A stretch of 64,000 bases of DNA from Bacillota bacterium (GTDB lineage Bacteria; Bacillota; Sulfobacillia; JAJYWN01; JAJZPE01): assembly GCA_021787335.1 (NCBI GenBank), contig JAJYMC010000049.1, forward strand, positions 14,053-78,052. The letters are read 5' to 3'. Made by a program: the position numbers and the translations under genes. Position 1 is the first letter of the stretch. Each line of letters starts with the position of its first letter. The notes beneath the pieces are model-generated. The model worked only from the letters and a program-made list of their open reading frames with translations, did not search any database and was not told the origin of the DNA. Below, in pieces: positions 26,453-35,614 of this stretch.

Positions 26453-26638
26453 ATGGAAAAGAAGAACAGCGAAGTGAAATCAGGCAAAAAGGGACTTTGG
26501 GCCATGCTCAAGGAGTCCATGAACAAGGCTAGCAGCGGTTGCGGCCCGGGGTGCGGTTGCCATGTCGAGAATCAAGATAGCGAGAATCAACGGAAGGATG
26601 CGCCGGAGAATCCGGAAAAGGAGAAGGAAGAAGCATGA
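26453..26638 (+). CDS. Small Cys-rich protein (61 aa; SSGCGPGCGCH motif), translationally coupled to the P-type ATPase
   Basis: CAGGAGGA RBS; its stop overlaps the ATPase ATG (ATGA). Lys/Glu-rich tails flank a CxxxCxC cluster. Confidence 0.55.
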   Translation: MEKKNSEVKSGKKGLWAMLKESMNKASSGCGPGCGCHVENQDSENQRKDAPENPEKEKEEA

Positions 26639-28581
26639 TGGTTCGACCCAATGATTCTCGAAACTGGCAACAGATACTGATCTTTGCGCTTGTTCCGGTG
26701 ATAGTGGGCGCATTGACACTGGCCTCTTGGCTCCTGGGCCGCTGGCAGGTCGGGCCTTGGCTTCTCGTTGGCCCCTGGCAGGTCGGTCCGGGAATTCCGG
26801 CTGCGGGACTTGCTCTGGTCGCCACCTTATTTGGCGGATGGCAGCGGTTTTTGGCAGGCTTTCGGGATGTCGCACACCGCAGGATCACGGTCAACGTCTT
26901 TGTGACCGTGGCGATTTTTGTCACCATAGCCGTCGGCGAGTTTTTGCCTGCTGCGGTGATCATTCTGATCATGGCCGTCGTCGGGGCTTTGGAGTCTTAC
27001 ACGCTCGACAGGACGCGCCGGAGTATCCGCAACCTGCTCGATCTCACCCCTCCGATGGCAAACGTGCGACGTGGCGAAGAGGAAGTCCCCGTTTCCGTGG
27101 CCGAGCTTCAGTACGGAGATGTCGTGATCATACGGCCGGGTGAGCGAATCCCGGTGGACGGCGTGGTTATTGCGGGTGCTGCCACCGTCAATCAAGCCCC
27201 CATTACAGGTGAATCCATGCCGGTGGGAAAGCTTAAGGGCCACGAGGTGTTCGCAGGCACCCTAAATGAGGATGGCCGCCTTGAAATTCGAACAATCAAG
27301 ATCGGCGCGGATACCACTCTTGCCAGAATCGTTCACTTGGTCGAGGAAGCGCAGGAGTCCAAAGCGCCCATCCAGGGGGTCGCCGACCGCTTCACCGTGT
27401 GGTTCCTCCCTACAGTCCTCGTCCTTGCGATTGTCGGCTATCTGATTTCGGGTGATGTGAAGGTAGCTGTCGCCATCTTGCTGGTGGCATGTCCATGCGC
27501 CTTCGCCATCGCGACTCCCTCGGCTATGGCCGCCGGAATTGCGAACATGGCCCGACGAGCCGTACTCATCAAGGGTGGTATTTTCTTCGAAATCGCAGGT
27601 AGGATTGACTCCCTGGTCGTTGACAAAACCGGTACCCTCACCCTGGGCCGTCCGAAAGTCCTGGAGGTCATCAGCGGCGATGGCATGCCGAAAGACGAAG
27701 TGCTTAATCTGGCTGCCATCGCTGAAAAGTACTCAGAGCATCCTTTGGCAAAAGCGGTAATGGCTATAGCCAAAGAAAGGGCACTTGAGGTGCCGGACCC
27801 CGATGAGTTTAGAATCGAGGTTGGCAAGGGGATCGTGTCTTCCCACAATGGACAGGAGATCGTGGTTGGGAGGGATGTTTTTCTGAGGGAACAGGGGATC
27901 GTCATTCCTGCTTGGATTGAGCAGGCCGTGACGGACCAATCCGACCTCGGAAGGACGGCGATTTTGGTCGCACGAGACCGCGAAGCCATTGGACTTCTGT
28001 CCATCGCGGACGAAATTAGAGCCGAGACAGTGGGTGCAATTGAATCGTTGAAGTCGCTTGGCGTGGGCAAAACCACCATGTTGACCGGCGATAACTCCAA
28101 AATTGCGCAAGCCGTAGCATCCCAGATCGGCGTGGATGAATTCCGGGCCGAGCTCTTGCCGGAGGATAAGGAGTCTGCCATCAAAGAGATGAAAAACAAA
28201 GGGAAGATCGTCGCCATGGTCGGTGACGGGATCAACGACGCGCCTGCCCTGGCGCTGGCCGATGTCGGCATCGTGATGGGGGGGACCGGCGCAGACGTCG
28301 CCATTGAGGCGGCTGATGTAACACTCATGGACGGCAACCTCTCACGCTTGGTCGAATTCGTGCAGATGTCCCGGAAGGTGCTGCGGCGGATCAAGCTCAA
28401 TATCTTCTTCTCAATAATCTATAACGTTATCGGTCTGACCCTGGCGATGCTTGGACACCTGACGCCCGTTATGGCCGTCATTTTCCAAGAAGCCGGCTGT
28501 GTCACCGTGGTCCTCAGCTCCACGTTGCTGCTCTGGGCCAAGGTCCCGGACCTGAAAAGCTCCGGGGCCAAACTGTCGTAA
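26635..28581 (+). CDS. Heavy-metal-translocating P1B-type ATPase without an N-terminal metal-binding domain
   Basis: TGES, CPC (VACPCAFAIATP), DKTGTLT, GDGINDAP motifs. Starts directly with TM helices and a WQVGP x2 repeat. Metal specificity not assignable from sequence alone. Confidence 0.9.
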   Translation: MMVRPNDSRNWQQILIFALVPVIVGALTLASWLLGRWQVGPWLLVGPWQVGPGIPAAGLALVATLFGGWQRFLAGFRDVAHRRITVNVFVTVAIFVTIAVGEFLPAAVIILIMAVVGALESYTLDRTRRSIRNLLDLTPPMANVRRGEEEVPVSVAELQYGDVVIIRPGERIPVDGVVIAGAATVNQAPITGESMPVGKLKGHEVFAGTLNEDGRLEIRTIKIGADTTLARIVHLVEEAQESKAPIQGVADRFTVWFLPTVLVLAIVGYLISGDVKVAVAILLVACPCAFAIATPSAMAAGIANMARRAVLIKGGIFFEIAGRIDSLVVDKTGTLTLGRPKVLEVISGDGMPKDEVLNLAAIAEKYSEHPLAKAVMAIAKERALEVPDPDEFRIEVGKGIVSSHNGQEIVVGRDVFLREQGIVIPAWIEQAVTDQSDLGRTAILVARDREAIGLLSIADEIRAETVGAIESLKSLGVGKTTMLTGDNSKIAQAVASQIGVDEFRAELLPEDKESAIKEMKNKGKIVAMVGDGINDAPALALADVGIVMGGTGADVAIEAADVTLMDGNLSRLVEFVQMSRKVLRRIKLNIFFSIIYNVIGLTLAMLGHLTPVMAVIFQEAGCVTVVLSSTLLLWAKVPDLKSSGAKLS

Positions 28582-28942
28582 CATCTCCCTTCCTCATCAT
28601 TCAGGCCTCGAGGGAACATATACAAACAAAGGCAAGGTAGGGGAAATGTCCCATTCATGACCATGCCTGCCGTACCAAGACCTTCAAGAACAAGGATGGC
28701 GTCGCCCCGGAAGCCAGGTGGGCCAAGGCGTGGGGCCCGGCGCGGATTTTCCGTCGGCTCTGGAAGGCCCTCGGCCTTCAGGATGTGTTCCAGCGCCTTC
28801 TCTCGGATGCGGCCATCGTCTCGGACCTGGCCGAGGCCGCCTTCGCCATGGTTGAACCGCCTTGTGGACCCCATGTCCAAGCTCGGAGTGAGCGAGTGGA
28901 TGAAGACCGTTCACCGCCCCCGAGTGGGCGCTTGAGTTGCAC

Positions 28943-29010
28943 AAGTCGCTCGAATGGACCAAAGCACACACGACGCCTGAGAACAAGGCCTTCCTGAAAT
29001 CCATGCCGTT
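28943..29010 (+). repeat. Second copy of the 68-bp phosphoesterase-gene fragment (see 24232-24299); supplies the arsA upstream region and RBS
   Basis: Near-identical to 24232-24299; followed by AACAAGGAGGG and arsA ATG 29034. Confidence 0.9.
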
Positions 29011-29033
29011 AACAAGGAGGGAAATGGAAGATA

Positions 29034-30980
29034 ATGTCCGAACTTGACCAGGAACGCGGCGCCGAACGACGAGAGACGCAGTTCATCTTCTTTTCGGGCA
29101 AGGGCGGAGTCGGCAAGACGTCCATGGCCTGCGCGACCGCGGTTCACCTGGCCATGGAAGGCAAGGCCACGCTCATTGTGACCACCGATCCGGCTTCGAA
29201 CCTGGCCGACGTCTTCGGTCAGGAAATCGGCCACCGGGAGGCGCCGATAAGGGGGACCCCTCGACTCTGGGCGATGGAGATTGATCCGGACCGGGCCACC
29301 GAGGAGTACCGGGAACGAATCGTCGGCCCGATGCGCCTGGTGATGCCGTCGGAGATCACGCGGGTGATTGAAGAGCAGTTCCGCTCGCCGTGCACGACGG
29401 AGATCGCCGCCTTCGACCGCTTCGTTGACTTCATGGACGACTCTTCCTACGACATGGTCATCTTTGACACCGCGCCCACGGGACACACGATCAGACTGCT
29501 TGAACTGCCGGTGGACTGGAGCAAACACATTGAGGAGAGCGCTCAGCACGGTGGGCAGACCTGCATGGGGCCGGTGGAGGCGATTCAAGGCTCCAAGGCC
29601 AAGTACGACCGGGCTATTCGCTTCCTGCGGGATCCGGGCCGGACCACCTTCATCTTTGTGATTCAGGCCGAGCAGACGCCCGTTTTCGAGGCCGAAAGGG
29701 CAATGAAAGAACTGGCCACGATCGGTGTCAAGTCGACCTGGCTGATTGTCAATGGGCTCATCCCCCAAGATGCCGCTGATAACCCTCTCTTCGCCAAGCG
29801 CCTGACGATGCAGCAGAGGTACCTGAAGGATATCGCCCGGCGGTTCCCCATGACGACGACGATGATGCCCTTGCTACCCGTGGAAATACGGGGCACCGCC
29901 ATTCTGTCCAAAGTGGGCGACCTGCTGTACCGCAGTCCGGCCGAAACGCCTCCGACGCATGGGCCATGGACCGCCGCGGGGATGGACGGCCACACAGCGC
30001 CGGTCTCCGGCAAGGGAGAGTCGGACCACGCCGGCTCCAGATCTCCGACCGACTGGGCGGGCGTGCGAGCCGCCCTGACCCCCGGCCCCACTGGGCGGAG
30101 GCTGCTGTTTTTCACGGGGAAGGGAGGGGCCGGCAAGACTACCATCGCTTCCGTCACCGCCGTGCGGTTGGCTGAGCTTGGGTATCGGACCCTTCTGGTC
30201 TCGACCGACCCAGCCTCGCACCTCAGCCAGTCTTTCGCCCAGGAGATCGGGGCCGAGGTGACCCCCGTGGTCGGCCAGCCTGGCCTGTATGCCGCTCGGG
30301 TAGACCAGAAGGAAGCGGTGGAGGAATACCGAGAGCGAATTCTCTCTGAAGCCAGAGGGAAGTATTCAGCCGACATGCTCGAGGCGATGCGGGAGGAGTT
30401 GAATTCTCCGTGCACCGAGGAGATGGCCGCCTTCGAGAAGTTCGTCAGGTATACCACTCTGACGGACTACGACGTGACGGTCTTTGACACGGCCCCGACC
30501 GGTCACACCCTGCGCCTTCTCGAATTGCCGATGGAATGGGACAGGCAGGTTGAGATCATGGTCTCAACGAAGCCCGGGACGCAGGCCTTCGCGGAAACGA
30601 AGGCCCGCTTTGACGATGCCATCAAGACCCTGCGCGACCCCGCCGAGACCACCTTTGTCTTCGTGGTCTATCCGGAATACACGCCCATAATTGAAGCCTT
30701 TCGGGCGAGCCAGGATCTCTCCCAGAGCGGCATCAAGACCGGCTTGGTGGTTGCCAATCTCGTCCTTCCCCATGGGCATCGGTCGACCCCGCTGTATGAC
30801 AGCCGGTACGGGCTTCAACAGAAGTATCTGGGCGGAATCCAAGAGAAGTTCGGCGTGCCCATGTTGGTCATGCCGCTCTTGGACGAGGAGATTAACGGGC
30901 TACCTCGGCTCAAGGAGGCGGCCGCGATTCTGTATGGGGAGGAGCTGGGGGATGGCCGCAAAGCCGACGCAGGATCATGA
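29034..30980 (+). CDS. arsA: Arsenical pump-driving ATPase ArsA (two homologous halves)
   Basis: Two P-loops (GKGGVGKTS, GKGGAGKTT), two DTAPTGHT motifs, and conserved metalloid-binding Cys (SPCTTEIA, GQTCMGP, SPCTEEMA). Confidence 0.9.
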   Translation: MSELDQERGAERRETQFIFFSGKGGVGKTSMACATAVHLAMEGKATLIVTTDPASNLADVFGQEIGHREAPIRGTPRLWAMEIDPDRATEEYRERIVGPMRLVMPSEITRVIEEQFRSPCTTEIAAFDRFVDFMDDSSYDMVIFDTAPTGHTIRLLELPVDWSKHIEESAQHGGQTCMGPVEAIQGSKAKYDRAIRFLRDPGRTTFIFVIQAEQTPVFEAERAMKELATIGVKSTWLIVNGLIPQDAADNPLFAKRLTMQQRYLKDIARRFPMTTTMMPLLPVEIRGTAILSKVGDLLYRSPAETPPTHGPWTAAGMDGHTAPVSGKGESDHAGSRSPTDWAGVRAALTPGPTGRRLLFFTGKGGAGKTTIASVTAVRLAELGYRTLLVSTDPASHLSQSFAQEIGAEVTPVVGQPGLYAARVDQKEAVEEYRERILSEARGKYSADMLEAMREELNSPCTEEMAAFEKFVRYTTLTDYDVTVFDTAPTGHTLRLLELPMEWDRQVEIMVSTKPGTQAFAETKARFDDAIKTLRDPAETTFVFVVYPEYTPIIEAFRASQDLSQSGIKTGLVVANLVLPHGHRSTPLYDSRYGLQQKYLGGIQEKFGVPMLVMPLLDEEINGLPRLKEAAAILYGEELGDGRKADAGS

Positions 30981-30996
30981 TTTCAGAGGTCGGAAG

Positions 30997-31416
30997 ATGA
31001 GTGATGCGCTTGGACTTCAGGGTCGATTGTCCGTCAAACCGCGGGAGGCTGGTGACCAACGTATGGAAGCCCTTTTGGAGCAGATCAAGGCCATGTCCGA
31101 CGGGACCCGGCTCAAGATCCTCAAGCTGGTCGAGCGGCAGGAGCTCTGTGTCTGCCAGATCGTTCCCATCATGGGGCTTTCACAACCCACCATCTCCACC
31201 CATCTCGGCAAGCTGAAACGGGCTGGACTGGTCAAGGAACGACGTCGGGGTCAGTGGGCCTATTACTCGATGAACCGTGAGAGCTTGGCTCAGTTCGGCA
31301 AAGCATTGGAAGCATTCTTTTCGGCTCAGCTTGAGGAGATCCCGGAGATGCGGGCGAATGCTCTCCGGCTGGCCGAAGAGCTCGCGAAAGGGGACCCGTG
31401 CCCAAAGGACCCCTGA
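30997..31416 (+). CDS. arsR: ArsR-family arsenic-responsive repressor (CVC motif)
   Basis: [31 protein letters not shown]. Start ATG 30997 or 31063; the tracked ORF is extended upstream artificially. Confidence 0.75.
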   Translation: MSDALGLQGRLSVKPREAGDQRMEALLEQIKAMSDGTRLKILKLVERQELCVCQIVPIMGLSQPTISTHLGKLKRAGLVKERRRGQWAYYSMNRESLAQFGKALEAFFSAQLEEIPEMRANALRLAEELAKGDPCPKDP

Positions 31417-31481
31417 ATCGGGGCCCCTTAAGGCCGTGTTTCCGGCTGCGCCAAGAACCTGACAGACCAAAGGAATGGAGG

Positions 31482-32558
31482 GCCTCGCAATTGAATAACG
31501 GGAAGACCACCGCGGCCAAGCTGTCGCTGCTTGATCAACTCCTGACCGTCTGGATTCTCCTCGCCATGGCCCTGGGGGTGGGCCTCGGCTACCTCTTTCC
31601 GGGGGTGGCGGCGCTCCTTGACCGGCTATCCGTCGGTACGACTTCCATCCCCATCGCCGTCGGCCTGATCGTCATGATGTACCCACCCCTGACCAAGGTC
31701 CGGTACCGTGAACTGGGGAAGGTCTTCAAGAACGGCAAGGTTCTCACCCTTTCGTTGGTCCAGAACTGGCTCATCGGGCCGGTGTTGATGTTCCTCCTGG
31801 CCATCATCTTCCTCCGCGGGTATCCCGAGTACATGGTCGGCCTCATCCTCATCGGGCTGGCCCGCTGCATCGCCATGGTCATCGTTTGGAACAGCCTGGC
31901 CAGGGGGGACACCGAGTACGCGGCCGCCCTGGTCGCTTTCAACTCGCTGTTCCAGGTCTTCTTCTATTCGGTCTATGCTTACGTCTTCATAGCGGTCCTC
32001 CCCGCGTGGATGGGCCTCAAGGGCGCCGTGGTCCACGTGACCATCGGACAGGTGGCCGAGAGCGTGGCGATTTATCTGGGAATCCCGTTCCTGGCCGGCT
32101 TCTTGACCCGGACCATCCTGGCTCCGCTCAAGGGCGAGGAGTGGTACGAGAAGCGCTTCGTTCCCAAGGTCAGCCCCCTGGCCCTGATCGCCCTGCTGTT
32201 CACGATCATCGTCATGTTCTCGCTGAAAGGGCGGTACATCGTCGGGCTTCCACTGGACGTGGTCCGGATCGCCGTCCCCCTCATCATCTACTTCGTGGTC
32301 ATGTTCATGGTCTCGTTCTTCCTGAGCCACCGGTTCGGGGTGGATTACCCGAAGACGGCGAGCCTGTCTTTCACGGCGGCCAGCAATAACTTCGAGCTGG
32401 CCATCGCCGTGGCCGTGGCGGTCTTCGGTCTGAACTCCGGCCAGGCCTTCGCCGCGGTCATCGGCCCGCTCATCGAGGTCCCGGTGATGCTGGCTTTGGT
32501 CAATGTATCCCTGGGCTTTTCCAGGCGATACTTCCGAACCCAGGGAGGCAACGGATGA
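31482..32558 (+). CDS. acr3: ACR3-family arsenite efflux transporter
   Basis: [33 protein letters not shown] and a 10-TM profile typical of Acr3. Likely TTG start 31482 after GGAGGG RBS. Confidence 0.85.
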   Translation, partial: ASQLNNGKTTAAKLSLLDQLLTVWILLAMALGVGLGYLFPGVAALLDRLSVGTTSIPIAVGLIVMMYPPLTKVRYRELGKVFKNGKVLTLSLVQNWLIGPVLMFLLAIIFLRGYPEYMVGLILIGLARCIAMVIVWNSLARGDTEYAAALVAFNSLFQVFFYSVYAYVFIAVLPAWMGLKGAVVHVTIGQVAESVAIYLGIPFLAGFLTRTILAPLKGEEWYEKRFVPKVSPLALIALLFTIIVMFSLKGRYIVGLPLDVVRIAVPLIIYFVVMFMVSFFLSHRFGVDYPKTASLSFTAASNNFELAIAVAVAVFGLNSGQAFAAVIGPLIEVPVMLALVNVSLGFSRRYFRTQGGNG

Positions 32559-32568
32559 ACCGGCCGAC

Positions 32569-32602
32569 GGCCCCCGCGCTGGACCGCGGGGGCCGTTTTC
32601 CG
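32569..32602 (+). terminator. Rho-independent terminator after acr3
   Basis: ggcccccgcg-ctggac-cgcgggggcc + gttttcc. Confidence 0.7.
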
Positions 32603-32801
32603 CTATCCCGAGACCGGGGCGGTGGTTGAGGGGGTTCGCGAAGGCTGGCTGATGGTCGTCCCGCCCTGGGCGGCGTGGTGACAAGCCTGGGGCCATACAA
32701 GCTCTTGGCCACCGCCTTTGCCGCTAGAGGCTGAACTCAATTGGGGTAAGGGTTGTTGCCCCAGACGGCCATACGCCGGTCGGTCACAGCCCAAGAGTCT
32801 A

Positions 32802-32830
32802 TTGACACCACTATATTAGGATATTAGAAT
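32802..32830 (+). promoter_or_regulatory. Promoter (TTGACA - 17 - TAGAAT) for the second ArsR-family gene; the spacer contains a TATTAG direct repeat
   Basis: Read directly. Confidence 0.55.
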
Positions 32831-32848
32831 AAAGGCGAGGCGAGGTGT

Positions 32849-33115
32849 TTGACTTTGAACGAACGTTTCTTGTCCCTGGAAGCTAGGCTGACCAAGGCGA
32901 TGGGTCACGCGACCAGGCTAAAGATTCTTCACCTCATCGCTGAAAACGGGCCGCGGTGTGTCTGCGAACTGGTTCCGGTGTTGCGCGTGGACCAATCCAA
33001 CGTGTCCCAGCACCTGTCGGTGCTGCGGCAGGCCGGGGTCGTGGTGGCGCGACGGGATGGCGCCCGGGTCGTCTATTCGCTGGCAAACCCGAGGACGTCC
33101 GCGACGAACATTTGA
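32849..33115 (+). CDS. ArsR-family regulator (CVC metal-binding motif)
   Basis: GPRCVCELVPVLRVDQSNVSQHLSVLRQAGVV. Start TTG 32849/32855 or ATG 32900. Confidence 0.7.
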   Translation: MTLNERFLSLEARLTKAMGHATRLKILHLIAENGPRCVCELVPVLRVDQSNVSQHLSVLRQAGVVVARRDGARVVYSLANPRTSATNI

Positions 33116-33312
33116 TGCGCAACCAGATCCTGAAGGTCCTGGCGGCCGGGCCGCGGACCATCCCTCAGATCGCCGCCGCCCTCGGCTACCCGGCCCATGA
33201 AGTCGTCTTCTGGGTGATGGGGATGCGCAAGTATGGCTTCGTGGCCGAGATCAAAGAGGTCACCGGTGAGGGTTACTATCAGTACCAGGCCGTGCCGAGG
33301 GAGGGAGCCTGA
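33115..33312 (+). CDS. Small winged-helix-like protein (65 aa)
   Basis: ATG overlaps the preceding stop (TGATG). MRNQILKVLAAGPRTIPQIAAALGYPAHEVVFWVMGMRKYGFVAEI... has a HTH-like profile. Confidence 0.4.
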   Translation: MRNQILKVLAAGPRTIPQIAAALGYPAHEVVFWVMGMRKYGFVAEIKEVTGEGYYQYQAVPREGA

Positions 33313-33635
33313 TGGCCCTTTTGAACCCCGACCTGGCGGACCAGGTCCGCCAGGCAACCCCGTGGAGCTCAAGCGGTCACGAGTTCAACGCCTCGGCCTG
33401 CATGAACTGCGGGGTCTGCGGCGCGGTCTGCCCGATGGGCATCGAACTCTTGCCCCGCAAGCTGTTCCGCTACGTCCTCCTGGGGATGGAGGACCAGGTC
33501 AAGGAGAACACCGAGACCATCTATTCCTGCCTCCTGTGCAAGATGTGCGAGGTGAACTGCCCGGCGGGGGTGCATATCGCGGAAAACGTGCGCTCTCTGC
33601 GGCACTTCATCAACCGCCAAGTCTTCAGGCTTTAA
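33312..33635 (+). CDS. HdrC-like 2x[4Fe-4S] ferredoxin-domain protein
   Basis: CMNCGVCGAVCP and CLLCKMCEVNCP motifs. Confidence 0.7.
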   Translation: MALLNPDLADQVRQATPWSSSGHEFNASACMNCGVCGAVCPMGIELLPRKLFRYVLLGMEDQVKENTETIYSCLLCKMCEVNCPAGVHIAENVRSLRHFINRQVFRL

Positions 33636-33647
33636 GGAGCGAAGACC

Positions 33648-34623
33648 ATGCCACTACCTATCGGCGATACCATCGGCATCCTGGCCGACAACCTCCGCCT
33701 GCGCGGGTCGGTCCTGCCCATCAGCGCCCGCAACGCCACCAGGTGGGCCAGGGGCCTCAACCTGCCCCGCGGCGGGGAGACCGTGCTCTACACCGGGCTG
33801 ATGTTCCAGCTCATCCCGTACATCGAGGAGATGAGCCAGGCCGAGGAGAAGCTCGGGGATTCCTGGCTGGCCGGCTTCGTCGGCCTCGGACGGCAAGTGA
33901 ACAAAGTGGTGAACATCTCGGCCCTCATGGCGCGGCCTTCCGCCCCAGGTGCGGGCGGCCTATGACCAGGTCCTGGTCAACGTGGCCAGTCTGCTGAAAC
34001 AGGCGGGGGTCGACTTCGGGTACCTCTATGAGGAGGAGCTCTATTCCGGGGCCCTGATCTACGACCTCGGCGTGGATGAGGCCCTCGAGCGTCACGCTCG
34101 CAAGGTCTACGGCCTTCTGAAGAAGCGCGGGGTCAAGAAGCTCATCACGGTCGACCCGCACACCACCAACATGCTGCGCTCGGTCTACCCGACCATGATC
34201 GAGGGCTATGACCTACAGGTGCAGAGCTATCTGGAGGTCCTGGCCGAGCGGGGGCTGAAACCGGCGCGGAACCTGGCCGGCGAGGTGGCCATCCACGATT
34301 CCTGCGTCTTCGCCCGGTACGAGGGCGTCGTCGACCAGCCCAGGGAACTCCTCGGCCAGGCCGGGCTGACGGTCAAGGAGCCGGAGGACGCCGGCAAGTT
34401 CACCTGGTGCTGCGGTGGGCCGGCCGAATCCCTCTACCCCAGGAAGGCCCTGGCCAACGCCCAGAGGAGGGTGGAGCAGTTGAAGTGGGCGGCTCCGGAC
34501 GGGGTGACGATGTGCCCCATCTGCTACGTTAATCTACAGAAGGCGGCCGGTGAAACCATGCGTTTCCAGGACATCTCCCATTACTTGCGGCAGGCTTACG
34601 GGCCGCATAAGGACGTGAAATAG
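33648..34623 (+). CDS. HdrB-like CCG-domain Fe-S protein, split across two frames (33648-33965 and 33949-34623). Frameshift or assembly indel.
   Basis: The C-terminal segment carries canonical CCG motifs (HDSC, FTWCCGGP, CPICYVNL). The N-terminal segment is a degenerate CCG half. The two frames overlap at 33913-33965. Confidence 0.6.
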
Positions 34624-34624
34624 G

Positions 34625-35101
34625 GTGGATAAGACTAAGAAGACGATCATCGTCTTCAGCGGCGACCTGGATAAGGCCATGGCGGCGTTCATCATCGCCA
34701 ACGGCGCGGCGGCCATGGGGGACGACGTGACCATGTTCTTCACCTTCTGGGGCCTCAACATCTTGCGCAAGCGGGAGAAGATCAGCGCCAAGAAGAGCTT
34801 CCTGCAGGGCATGTTCGGCTGGATGATGCCCCGCGGCGCCGGCCGGCTGGGGTTGTCCAGGATGAACTTCGGGGGCATGGGCGCGACGATGATGAAAATG
34901 GTCATGAAGCAGCAGAACGTCTCCTCGATAGAAGAGTTGATCGCCACCGCCAAGGAGCAGGGCATTAAGATGGTGGCCTGCACCATGTCCATGGACGTGA
35001 TGGGCTTCAAGCCTGAAGAGATGATCGACGGCCTGGAGTATGCCGGGGTGGCCACCTACCTGGGCGAGGCCGACGAGGCCAACGTCAACCTGTTCATCTG
35101 A
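34625..35101 (+). CDS. DsrE/DsrF-like (DsrE2-type) sulfur-relay family protein
   Basis: TIIVFSGDLDKAMAAFIIANGAAAMG...VACTMSMDVMG fold pattern of DsrE-like proteins. Confidence 0.65.
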   Translation: MDKTKKTIIVFSGDLDKAMAAFIIANGAAAMGDDVTMFFTFWGLNILRKREKISAKKSFLQGMFGWMMPRGAGRLGLSRMNFGGMGATMMKMVMKQQNVSSIEELIATAKEQGIKMVACTMSMDVMGFKPEEMIDGLEYAGVATYLGEADEANVNLFI

Positions 35102-35221
35102 CCGCCCGAGGCGGAGGAAGGGCATGTGCACCGGGCGGCGGTCCTCGAACGGTAGCTTTCTGTAGACGAGGAGGCTCAACCCGGGTAGAATGTTAGTCAA
35201 GGGTCTTGTCGACCCGGTGGG

Positions 35222-35605
35222 ATGTACAGGTCTGGAGGTGTTGGCTTGAAGCCGGATGACTGTGGAATGGTCGCCGACCTCGTGAAGGCGTTGACCAACC
35301 CCACCAGGTTGAGGATCCTGTGCGCGTTGAGCGGCGGGCGGGAGCTGCGGGTCTCGGACGTTGTCGCCAAGACCCGCATGAGGCAGGCCAACGTCTCCAT
35401 CCAACTCGGTCTCCTGCGTTCCAAGGGCATCCTCGCGTCCAGGCGCGAGGAAGTGAATGTCTACTATAGCATCGCCGATCACCGGGTCCTCGAGGCCCTT
35501 GAGCTATTGCTCTCGGTGGCCGAGACCAACTCCCTGAAGCCCGCCCGCTCAAGGTCGGAGGACGGGACTAAATCCCTCGGCAAGCTGCAGGATTTCACCC
35601 CGTAG
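35222..35605 (+). CDS. ArsR-family transcriptional regulator (third in the island)
   Basis: LTNPTRLRILCALSGGRELRVSDVVAKTRMRQANVSIQLGLLRSKGIL. Start more likely TTG 35246 or ATG 35267. Confidence 0.7.
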   Translation: MYRSGGVGLKPDDCGMVADLVKALTNPTRLRILCALSGGRELRVSDVVAKTRMRQANVSIQLGLLRSKGILASRREEVNVYYSIADHRVLEALELLLSVAETNSLKPARSRSEDGTKSLGKLQDFTP

Positions 35606-35614
35606 ACGTCAAAT

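Noticed and set aside
28419-28880. 153-aa ORF on - strand in the degraded region downstream of the ATPase
   Set aside because: Overlaps the ATPase 3' end by about 160 nt and has no recognisable domain. The region also contains a duplicated gene fragment, so it is treated as decayed or non-coding.
30691-30996. Upstream extension of the arsR ORF (241 aa)
   Set aside because: Read-through from inside the arsA 3' end. ArsR family proteins are about 110-140 aa, and ATG 30997 has an RBS.
31626-32696. 356-aa ORF on - strand
   Set aside because: Antisense to acr3; Asp/Glu/Gly/His-rich nonsense.
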